From contig JAUSKK010000026.1 of NCBI GenBank assembly GCA_030649345.1, forward strand, positions 1-12,094: a stretch of 12,094 nucleotides of DNA, written 5' to 3'. Position 1 is the first letter of the stretch. Every line of letters begins with the position of its first letter. The notes beneath the pieces are model-generated. The model ran no database searches. It worked only from the letters and a program-made list of their open reading frames with translations, and was not told the origin of the DNA. The position numbers were made by a program, and so were the translations under genes. Shown here in pieces: positions 1 through 7,161 of this stretch. Origin of the DNA: Candidatus Iainarchaeum sp. GTDB lineage: Archaea; Iainarchaeota; Iainarchaeia; Iainarchaeales; 0-14-0-20-34-12.

Positions 1-1
1 T

Positions 2-817
2 CCAAAAATGAAAAACGGAATGGATTCATCGGCATTACAACCTGGAGAAGAAAAAACTGGATGGGTGGCTTGCGAAATTAATGTTGAAAATGATCAAGTG
101 ACAGCAATCTACGATGATGCAATTCCAATTATGGAACGCAGTGGACCCAATGGACCTAAGTCCTATGGAACAATTACAATCAAAATAGTGGATGCTTTAG
201 TGGATGATGTAACTGCAATTGGAAAATTAAACGAATTTGTAGGAAACGAATACACTCCAGTGGATGTCAAAATTAATTCGTTTGAATACAAAGATAATTT
301 AACTGGTGTGAATTTGCCAAAATTATGCAAACAAACTCAATTTAGATCTTCTCCGGATACAGCATGTAAAGCATTGATCGTAAATGCAACCATCAAAAAC
401 AAGTCAGGTTATAATTTGCCGATCACGTATGGAGTCAAAAGATTTACAGTTATATTAGACAAAATGATTGAAGTAACCAGTATTTATCAGGCTGATCCGC
501 TTCAAGGCATGGAAGACTATGAAGGCGGAGCTAATGAAGAAATAGAAATTTACGACAATCAATCCCAATTACAAGAATATTATATTGAAAATTATACAGG
601 GCATTTAAGTTTGGAAAATTTTGAACCCGGAGAAGAACGAACCGGCAGTTTGGTTTTCTTGGTTCCAAAAAATGATGAACTGTTTCCAAATGATGCAACC
701 AATATTGTGTTCCGAAGATATTTTCCATTTGACAGAACGCAAATATTAATTCCATTAAACGAAAATCAAGAAACAATCAAAGAGTTAGAAGATATTAAGA
801 CACATTATACTCCGTAA
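2..817 (+). CDS. Exported DUF4352-like beta-sandwich protein, C-terminal part (5' end lies upstream of the window)
   Basis: The reading frame is open back to nt 2. The first residues (LQPGEEKTGWVACEINV) are already the C-terminal signature of a DUF4352-type module, so the ATG at 8 is probably internal. A second complete module follows: VDVKINSFEYKD...LIVNATIKNKSGYNL...LENFEPGEERTGSLVFLVPKND. This fits the usual DUF4352 pattern (vtv.s.e / v.v.N.g / PGe..G.lvF.vp). It shares the NSFEYKD and GEE[KR]TG motifs with the next ORF. Confidence 0.6.
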   Translation, partial: PKMKNGMDSSALQPGEEKTGWVACEINVENDQVTAIYDDAIPIMERSGPNGPKSYGTITIKIVDALVDDVTAIGKLNEFVGNEYTPVDVKINSFEYKDNLTGVNLPKLCKQTQFRSSPDTACKALIVNATIKNKSGYNLPITYGVKRFTVILDKMIEVTSIYQADPLQGMEDYEGGANEEIEIYDNQSQLQEYYIENYTGHLSLENFEPGEERTGSLVFLVPKNDELFPNDATNIVFRRYFPFDRTQILIPLNENQETIKELEDIKTHYTP

Positions 818-833
818 ACTGAAAGGTGAAAAA

Positions 834-2312
834 ATGAATAACAAAATAATGATTACACTCATTTTAGGAATACTATTACTGGGATGCACTCAACCAGCAA
901 GCAATACAGATACTTCAGGAAATGAAACAACCAATGGAACCGGAACACAAGAAACAAACACAGGAACTTCTTCTACAAGCAGTCAAACTATTTCAGCAGC
1001 TAATTTACCCAGTTATGCTGGAGAAGGATTACGATATGCAGTGCAAGCCAAACCTTTAGCGCAGTTATCTTCAGAAGAAAAAAACACGCGCGAACAAGAA
1101 CTCAGAGAAATGCTTGCAAGATTAAAGGAAACTGTTCCCAGTTCTATTTTAGAAAACTGCAAAAGCAATGGCATTATGCCAGAATTATGGAAACAAACAA
1201 TTACAGCCCAAGAAATGGAGTCTCAAGCAGAAACTGAAAATCCATTTGGATTCACTTCACCCATTTCTGTTTATCAAGATTCAGTTTATGATACAGGAAT
1301 TCACAGCACAGTTGATACAGAATCTGGTTTAGATGGAATTACAAAAAAAGTATGTGAAAGCAGGCGTGCAGGCTTAGGATACTCACAGGAAACAAAAGCA
1401 GAGGCAGCAAGCAGGTTTAAAATTGGCAGAAATCAATGTACGATTTCCCTTCGAACAAAAAATTCGCTCAATACATTTGGTTTTGCCAGTGATAGTTCAA
1501 TAAGTATTGGAGAATATGAAAGTGAACAAAAAGCAATGGCTAGATTTGAATATGCATGGGTGGATCGAATGAAATCAGCCGTAACATACCCTTATGTTGA
1601 ACCACAATTGGTTTATTCAAATGGAATACTTGGATTCAAATCAAGCCATAGTTTCATGGGAATCAAAGGAAAATATATTGTGGCAGTTGATGGAAAGGAA
1701 ATAAATGGAACCGAAGAAATTGTTGAACGAAAAATTCGAAACAGAGAATTGGATTGCTTAGATTATCCAGAAGAAAGAATGCAGTTGGTAAGCGAAGTTT
1801 TAGACTTAGCCAATAATCCTGAAAAATTCAGAGATTATGAAAGCTTTCAAACACCCATTATGAAAGGAAATGCAGGCGAAAAATTAAGCAATAGATTAAT
1901 TGAATTAACTGTAAACAGTTTTGAATACAAAGACAAACTTGGAGCACAAGGACAAATTAAGCCTTATCTAAGCATGGAAACAGAACCGTACAAATTTATT
2001 GTAATGGATATTACTTTAAAAAATTTAGACACTAAACCAGCGGATTGGTTTGATTCAGGCTGGCTTCCTTTACGAGAACATGAGCAATCGCAATCTATGT
2101 ATTTAACCAACAACCAACCAGCATTCAGCCAAGGATGGTATGATAGTGCCTGTTTTACTGATCAGATGGAAATACTTACTGGAGCCATGGATTTAAGTCC
2201 ACTTAATTCAGGAGAAGAGAGAACTGGAAAAGTAGTATGCGAAATAACTAAAGTACCCAATGGAGTCAACTTAATATTTGACCGAAAAACTATCCAAGTA
2301 AATTTGGAGTAA
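834..2312 (+). CDS. Lipoprotein with Thr/Ser/Asn-rich linker and C-terminal DUF4352-like domain; paralog of the upstream ORF
   Basis: ATG at 834 is preceded by GGTGA (825-829). The signal peptide ends in lipobox LLLGC (Cys codon 885-887), followed by TQ and a T/S/N/G-rich low-complexity linker with NxT sequons. The C-terminus reads IELTVNSFEYKDKLG...FIVMDITLKNLDTKP...LSPLNSGEERTGKVVCEI. The central ~300 aa have no family I recognise. Confidence 0.7.
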   Translation: MNNKIMITLILGILLLGCTQPASNTDTSGNETTNGTGTQETNTGTSSTSSQTISAANLPSYAGEGLRYAVQAKPLAQLSSEEKNTREQELREMLARLKETVPSSILENCKSNGIMPELWKQTITAQEMESQAETENPFGFTSPISVYQDSVYDTGIHSTVDTESGLDGITKKVCESRRAGLGYSQETKAEAASRFKIGRNQCTISLRTKNSLNTFGFASDSSISIGEYESEQKAMARFEYAWVDRMKSAVTYPYVEPQLVYSNGILGFKSSHSFMGIKGKYIVAVDGKEINGTEEIVERKIRNRELDCLDYPEERMQLVSEVLDLANNPEKFRDYESFQTPIMKGNAGEKLSNRLIELTVNSFEYKDKLGAQGQIKPYLSMETEPYKFIVMDITLKNLDTKPADWFDSGWLPLREHEQSQSMYLTNNQPAFSQGWYDSACFTDQMEILTGAMDLSPLNSGEERTGKVVCEITKVPNGVNLIFDRKTIQVNLE

Positions 2313-2322
2313 AAAAGATTGT

Positions 2323-2883
2323 ATGAAGAACTCTATTTTAGGAATAGTTTTCATTTTAGTTTTGGGCTGCACACAAGGAGTTCCGGATTTAGGCGGAAGC
2401 ACACAATTTAATGCAGATACATCTGACACAGTCAATGGAAGTGCAGATCAAACTGGAAATGGAACTCTAACTACATCTACTGTAACTGTAGGTGAATTAA
2501 GCGTGCAAAAACCTGGAGATACCTGGATTACGTATTCCGATGAACAGCAAACTGTTTTTCAGAACATAAATGAAACCAATTTTATTATTGTTTCAGAAAA
2601 CAGCGAAGCTTCAATCCAAGATATTTTAACTGTAATAAAAAATGCAGCAAATGAAAGCAATGGAGAATTTGTAATTCAAAAAGAAGAAAATATTGAAGTA
2701 GATGGAGTAACTGGGAAACAAATTGACGTATTGTTTACGGTGGAACCTAAAATTTTATTCAAAACTGTTCTGGTTGAAAAAAATGGAAAAACTTACAAAA
2801 TTGGAACCAGCGCACCAGAAAGTGATCTTGCTTTTTGGGAAACCTTTTGGAAAATATTTTTGCAGAATGCAAAACTGGAATGA
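2323..2883 (+). CDS. Small lipoprotein of unknown function
   Basis: Starts 10 nt after the previous stop. Signal peptide MKNSILGIVFILVLGCTQG has the same GCTQ lipobox context, followed by a T/S/N-rich linker with NGS/NGT sequons. The globular C-terminal ~120 aa are not assignable by eye. Confidence 0.65.
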   Translation: MKNSILGIVFILVLGCTQGVPDLGGSTQFNADTSDTVNGSADQTGNGTLTTSTVTVGELSVQKPGDTWITYSDEQQTVFQNINETNFIIVSENSEASIQDILTVIKNAANESNGEFVIQKEENIEVDGVTGKQIDVLFTVEPKILFKTVLVEKNGKTYKIGTSAPESDLAFWETFWKIFLQNAKLE

Positions 2884-2889
2884 TTAAAT

Positions 2890-3942
2890 ATGAATAAAAA
2901 AATAATTTGGATATTACTATTTTTTGGATTTCTGATTTTGGCTTTAAATGGATTTGCAGACGGCGGCTTTGAACAAAAATGTTTGCCTGGAGGAAATGCC
3001 AGCTTAACCAGTGTACTATGCAGTTTATGCATTACAGAATGTGAAGGAAAATGTTTGGATCAAAAATGGTTGCCGGACATAGATAGTTGTATTGACAATC
3101 CAGATATTTTTAACTTTGATTTCGAAACTGAAGCCTGCACTTGCGGTTTAGGAAGTGGTTCTGGAACCAATCCAACTAGAACCGGAACTGCTGGCGAAAA
3201 CCAATCAACTGGTTGTTCTTGGTTTGATCAAATGATCGCAGAATTTGTAGATGAAGAAATTGTAATCAATGCCAGCGACCGAGGACTTGCCAATTTAGGA
3301 ATTCAAGCCGAAGCTGGACCCAGCGAAAAAACAGCTAGAACTAATTGGAACGGCGTATTAGGACTTGAAACCAAAAAAGCAAGATCTGGAGATATTGTTG
3401 CAGGAAATACAGCAGAATGGGCTGGAAATAAATTTGTTCGAACCATGGCCAATTGGCTGGTGGATACAGGAGTACGGGGAACAGTTGCAAGAGCTATGGT
3501 GTCCGGAAGTGGCGGTGACAATATTTGGAATCCGAATAGCAATAGCGGTCCCAGAACAGAAGCTTTTTTTGGTGAAATTGAAAACATTCAAGGAAACAAT
3601 GAAGTGGATACAATAAAACAAGTGTATGAAAGTATGACTGAAAAAGTTCCAGGATATGGAGTAACTGGCGATAAACCATTAACGCATTATGCAACCTATG
3701 AAGAAATGTTTGTAACAGGTTCTGGAATCTGCAGAGACAAAAGTGGATTGTTAGTCAATGCACTGGAACGAAAAGGAATTGACGCCCAAGTTATTGGAGA
3801 TGCAACCCATATGTGGGTGCGGGTTACTTTAGACGAAGGGGATAATGCCGGAAAAGAATTTGATTTAGATCCAACCTGGTATCAAAACTTTGTACCTTTA
3901 CCTACCCGAAGTGCAGAAAATCGAGCAGAAGGAAACTGTTAA
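2890..3942 (+). CDS. Secreted protein with Cys-rich N-terminal region and C-terminal transglutaminase-like (papain-fold) Cys-His-Asp core
   Basis: Starts 6 nt after the previous stop. Signal peptide is MNKKIIWILLFFGFLILALNGFA. The C-terminal segment GSGICRDKSGLLVNALERKGIDAQVIGDATHMWVRV...EFDLDPTW matches the transglutaminase-like core pattern G.C.d...l....lR..GIpar...g...HaWveV...DPt. By my count the triad is Cys281 (tgc 3730-3732), His307 and Asp327. Confidence 0.7.
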   Translation: MNKKIIWILLFFGFLILALNGFADGGFEQKCLPGGNASLTSVLCSLCITECEGKCLDQKWLPDIDSCIDNPDIFNFDFETEACTCGLGSGSGTNPTRTGTAGENQSTGCSWFDQMIAEFVDEEIVINASDRGLANLGIQAEAGPSEKTARTNWNGVLGLETKKARSGDIVAGNTAEWAGNKFVRTMANWLVDTGVRGTVARAMVSGSGGDNIWNPNSNSGPRTEAFFGEIENIQGNNEVDTIKQVYESMTEKVPGYGVTGDKPLTHYATYEEMFVTGSGICRDKSGLLVNALERKGIDAQVIGDATHMWVRVTLDEGDNAGKEFDLDPTWYQNFVPLPTRSAENRAEGNC

Positions 3943-5402
3943 ACAGCTGTTGGTTTCGATTTGGGTTTAAGCAAATGAGTTCGAATTAAGTGAATAGATA
4001 CTAAAATGATTACTGAACCCAAAACCATGAACATCCAATAATCTTTAAATAAATCGTGAATTCTTAAAGGCCCTTTGTTTTCTGAAACCAATACAATATA
4101 TTCTGAAGGTTTTTCTAAAGGTTGAACTGAAACTGAACGCAGTTTATAGGATTGAATTTTAGGCTGAGTCATATTCAATAAAATTACATTGTCTTTTTTT
4201 TCAACAGTATACAATAAAGGATCAATTGGATTTCCTGCATTGTCTTCTAAAACCATATTGAAATCTCCAGAAGACCAATTAAAGCTGGCCAGCAAAACAT
4301 GAGTTTCATAAGTTGGCTTGAATTCCAATAAAACTTTTTCTGAATCCAAAGGCAGGATTGCATTTGAACTTTCAAATACAATCGTTTGCCCTAAACCTAA
4401 ATGAGCTGCTTTCATGACTGCTAAAATTATTTCATTAGAAGTTGAAGCAAATGCATACGTGCCATGGGTTAGTTCAGCCAATTCGCTTAAAAGCTTGGAA
4501 TCCACTTCATCTTCAAGCATACCTAAACCAATGACATCAATTACAATACCATTATCATCTGCCATTTTTCCGTATTTTTTCAGAACAGCCTCTGAATCCA
4601 AGCCAGTTCCACTACGGCCGTCCGATACAAAAATAATCCGTTTGGATGCAGAAATCCAAATATTGACATCTTCACGTCTTTGAATTTTTTCGAGTTCTTT
4701 AAATGTTTCCTTGAAACCATCGCTGATATCTGTTCCAGAGCTACTGGATATATTCAAAACTTGATGTCTGGCAAATTCTAAATCAAGCGATTCCGAAGAA
4801 GAAAAATACATGGAACTACTGTATCCTGAAAGAAGAATAATACCAGTAAGATAATTGGTGTCAAAAAAATCTTGATACAATTGCTGCAAGGAAAGTAAGC
4901 TTGCCAATCCTTGTTTGGCAAAAGTCAGTTTGGAAATTTCAAAATCTTCAGTTTCTTCGGTTAATTCGCTTCTTCGATTATTTAATTCTTTTCCAGTTTC
5001 ATACAAAGGATGGTTTCGATTTAAATCCAAATTATCGTAATCCACATCATTAAAATCAGTGAGTTCACAAATATCACAACCGGCAAAAAAATGCAATTTA
5101 TCTTGTTCGGTTAAAGAACCTGAAAAATTTTGCAAATCCAAACGAAATTGAATTAGTTTAGCTTGCAGTTCTTCCGGCAATTCAGCCATTTGCACAGGAG
5201 AAGGAAATGCTGGCCAGTCCATGCTTCCAGAAACATCCACAGTCAACATACTTACTGTATTGGAGGGTGCATTAATTTTAGAAATTGTGTCTGAAGTTAA
5301 AACAAAAAAGGCAATCAGTAGCAATAGAAAAAATAAGATTACAAATTCAGCATATTTTTTCAGAAACATAATAAAATAAGGAAATTTCAAGTATTTAATC
5401 AT
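3939..5402 (-). CDS. von Willebrand factor A (MIDAS) domain protein with N- and C-terminal transmembrane anchors
   Basis: Hydrophobic N-terminal anchor FVILFFLLLLIAFFVLT. MIDAS DxSxS appears in LTVDVSGSM, then SGTDISDGF (MIDAS Thr region) and RIIFVSDGRSG (MIDAS Asp). C-terminal TM is WMFMVLGSVIILVSIHLI with a basic tail. Its stop overlaps the ORF4 stop in a shared TTAA (convergent). An alternative start at 5369 (MFLKKYAEF...) gives a more canonical n-region and has ATTAAATA about 28 nt upstream. Confidence 0.75.
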   Translation of the reverse strand: MIKYLKFPYFIMFLKKYAEFVILFFLLLLIAFFVLTSDTISKINAPSNTVSMLTVDVSGSMDWPAFPSPVQMAELPEELQAKLIQFRLDLQNFSGSLTEQDKLHFFAGCDICELTDFNDVDYDNLDLNRNHPLYETGKELNNRRSELTEETEDFEISKLTFAKQGLASLLSLQQLYQDFFDTNYLTGIILLSGYSSSMYFSSSESLDLEFARHQVLNISSSSGTDISDGFKETFKELEKIQRREDVNIWISASKRIIFVSDGRSGTGLDSEAVLKKYGKMADDNGIVIDVIGLGMLEDEVDSKLLSELAELTHGTYAFASTSNEIILAVMKAAHLGLGQTIVFESSNAILPLDSEKVLLEFKPTYETHVLLASFNWSSGDFNMVLEDNAGNPIDPLLYTVEKKDNVILLNMTQPKIQSYKLRSVSVQPLEKPSEYIVLVSENKGPLRIHDLFKDYWMFMVLGSVIILVSIHLIRTHLLKPKSKPTAV

Positions 5403-5501
5403 TCTGATTTATTTAAGCATTCTAATTTCCAGCAAAGCAGGATTGCGTCTTTTAATCTTTTGCAATAAATATATTTGAAAACAACAAAGGCTGTAATTTT
5501 A

Positions 5502-5532
5502 AATGATTGTTGAAAAAAATGATTTAAATTAA
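5502..5532 (+). repeat. Orphan duplicate of the start codon region of the FKBP gene (left copy of a direct repeat)
   Basis: aatgattgttgaaaaaaatgatttaa at 5502-5527 is identical (26/26) to 6715-6740, which contains the FKBP ATG at 6716. With one extra A the match extends through ttaa (5529-5532 versus 6741-6744). As it stands it encodes only MIVEKNDLN-stop. Confidence 0.85.
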
Positions 5533-6425
5533 CCGCTTAATTTTCTTTGTTTAATTGTGCTTAAAGTTTCAAAGTAAGCAGAAATAACATCGGTTAATTC
5601 AAGATTGCGTTTTAAACCCAAGCGATGGACTTCTTGCAAATATACAGTTAACAAGTCCAATGAAATACGTTCATCGGATTTAAAAAAGTGGTCCGTGTTT
5701 TCTATTCTATTAATCTGAATGTTTAACATCAATTTTTTTAGTTCTCCAACTTGAATGGTTTGATCGGAAACCGTGTCATAAACTAATTTTTTCAGTTCTT
5801 GAATTTGGATGACTTCATCTGCAGATTTTTCCACCATGGCATTTTTCAAGTTTTGCAAGCCTAAATCCAAAGACGGGCCGAATTCTGAAAAAATTATACG
5901 CAAGTCATTCAAAAATTCTTGTTTATTAAATTCCGGAACAATGGTTTGAATTTTTTCAACTGGAGCTTTACGAACAATAGTGCGGATCACAGTAACAGGT
6001 ACTTTTCGAATCACAGTACGAATTTTAGTAACTATTCTTGGTTTTGAAACAACTGTTTTTCGAATTACTCTAGTTCGAGTTCGAACCAAAGGAAGGCCTT
6101 TTGAATACGCTTTCCATAAGTTAACAGCTTGATTAAAAGTACGACCTGCGTTAAGTTGACGTCGCATAAAAAGATTGTATTCTGAAAGTTGTTTTTTAGA
6201 TGTTTTCTTTTTTGAAAGTTTCAGTAAATGAACTTTAAGGCGAATCATTTCATTGCTTAAATTAGCAGTTTTTACAGCCACAGTCCTGGCAGTTTTGGCA
6301 GTTTTTTTCTTAGTTGTCGCAATTCCAAGCCTAAGCTTTTTGGATTTATTTTTTTCAACAGAAAGTCCTTTTCTAAGAAAACGTATTTCAGTCTCTAACT
6401 TATTGGTTGGAATTTGAGTCAGCAT
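5529..6425 (-). CDS. Highly basic orphan protein with tandem V/I-R-K/T repeats; possible nucleic-acid-binding protein
   Basis: The long ORF in the track starts at a TTG (caa at 6531-6533), and its first 36 codons look like read-through. The first ATG is at 6425 (MLTQIPTNKLE...). The N-terminal half is Lys/Arg/Thr-rich and includes the repeat tract RTRTRVIRKTVVSKPRIVTKIRTVIRKVPVTVIRTIVRKAPVEKIQTIV (nt 5937-6086). The C-terminal half is neutral to acidic and looks helical. No family recognised. The exact start is uncertain. Confidence 0.5.
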   Translation of the reverse strand: MLTQIPTNKLETEIRFLRKGLSVEKNKSKKLRLGIATTKKKTAKTARTVAVKTANLSNEMIRLKVHLLKLSKKKTSKKQLSEYNLFMRRQLNAGRTFNQAVNLWKAYSKGLPLVRTRTRVIRKTVVSKPRIVTKIRTVIRKVPVTVIRTIVRKAPVEKIQTIVPEFNKQEFLNDLRIIFSEFGPSLDLGLQNLKNAMVEKSADEVIQIQELKKLVYDTVSDQTIQVGELKKLMLNIQINRIENTDHFFKSDERISLDLLTVYLQEVHRLGLKRNLELTDVISAYFETLSTIKQRKLSG

Positions 6426-6702
6426 AATTAATATATTCAAAGTACAATGGTTAAACTCGCGTTTTGCCGAAAATGTGTGTTTAATGCAAGAAACATGAAA
6501 TCGTAAATTAAGAAGATATCTTGTTTGAAACAAATGAACTATTTTTTCTTGCTTTAATACCTAATGAATCACATCAGTTAGATAATTTTCAACTTTTTTT
6601 AGAAATATAGTTCTTAAAAGCTTTCTTTTCAAAATGTAATAATCAAATTCAAAAAAAAAGACTGTGATGTCATGATTTTAAATTTAAAATTTTGATAATT
6701 CT

Positions 6703-6708
6703 GGAGGG
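6703..6708 (+). promoter_or_regulatory. Shine-Dalgarno-like GGAGGG for the FKBP gene
   Basis: GGAGGG lies 7 nt upstream of the ATG at 6716. Comparable GGTGA motifs precede the ATGs at 834 and 11890. Confidence 0.5.
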
Positions 6709-6715
6709 ATTATGA

Positions 6716-7141
6716 ATGATTGTTGAAAAAAATGATTTAATTAAAGTAGAATACAAAGGAACTTTTCCAGATACAAAAGAAATGTTTGATCAAAGCCAAG
6801 GAAGAGGCCCATTAGAGTTTAGGGTGGGCGCTGGACAAATGATTCAAGGATTTGATGAAGCAGTGATTGGAATGAAATTAAATGAAGAAAAAACTGTAGA
6901 AATTCCACCGGAAAAAGCCTATGGAACCAAAGAAAATGCGCCTAGAATTGAAGCCAGTGTAAGCCAAATTGCAGGCACAGGAAAAGCAACTATTGGACAA
7001 AGTGTTTACACGAATACAGGAATGGAAGGAAAAATTATCAAAATCGAAAAAGGAATGGCCACCATAGAATTTGCACATGAATTGGCTGGAAAAACTTTAG
7101 AATTCTGGATTAAAGTAGTGGAAATCAACAAAGGAAAATAA
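6716..7141 (+). CDS. Short FKBP-type peptidyl-prolyl cis-trans isomerase (SlyD/archaeal short-FKBP type)
   Basis: VEYKGTFPDTKEMFDQS...GPLEFRVGAGQMIQGFDEAVIGMKLNEEKTVEIPPEKAYG is followed by a short flap insert and HELAGKTLEFWIKVVEI. This is the canonical FKBP signature. There is no His-rich tail. Both ends of this gene are duplicated elsewhere in the window (see findings). Confidence 0.9.
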   Translation: MIVEKNDLIKVEYKGTFPDTKEMFDQSQGRGPLEFRVGAGQMIQGFDEAVIGMKLNEEKTVEIPPEKAYGTKENAPRIEASVSQIAGTGKATIGQSVYTNTGMEGKIIKIEKGMATIEFAHELAGKTLEFWIKVVEINKGK

Positions 7142-7161
7142 AAGAAAGCTAGTTAACGATT

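Noticed and set aside
2292-2883. The 492-aa and 186-aa lipoproteins both end in L-E-stop (VNLE, AKLE), which might be a second shared C-terminal motif.
   Set aside because: A two-residue match of common amino acids among about six proteins is well within chance, unlike the G-N-C terminus.
3985-3996. The 12-mer attaagtgaata is shared between 3985-3996 (inside the vWA gene) and 8905-8916 (next to the chimeric remnant). It could be a further recombination scar.
   Set aside because: A single 12-nt AT-rich match is expected several times by chance in 12 kb on two strands, and the flanking sequence does not extend the match.
6426-6533. The N-terminal 36-codon extension of the basic protein ORF (MFQTRYLLNLRFHVSCIKHTFSAKREFNHCTLNILI).
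   Set aside because: It starts at a TTG (complement of 6531-6533), not an ATG, and its composition is unlike the rest of the protein. The first ATG at 6425 gives a coherent basic N-terminus. I therefore treat it as upstream non-coding read-through, though the true start remains uncertain.
6564-6673. An imperfect inverted repeat in the divergent intergenic region, atgaatcacatcagt (6564-6578) versus actgtgatgtcat (6661-6673). It might be a pair of operator half-sites.
   Set aside because: The arms need an indel and a 3-nt gap to align (about 13 of 16 positions) and are about 80 nt apart in very AT-rich DNA. This is not distinguishable from chance by eye.
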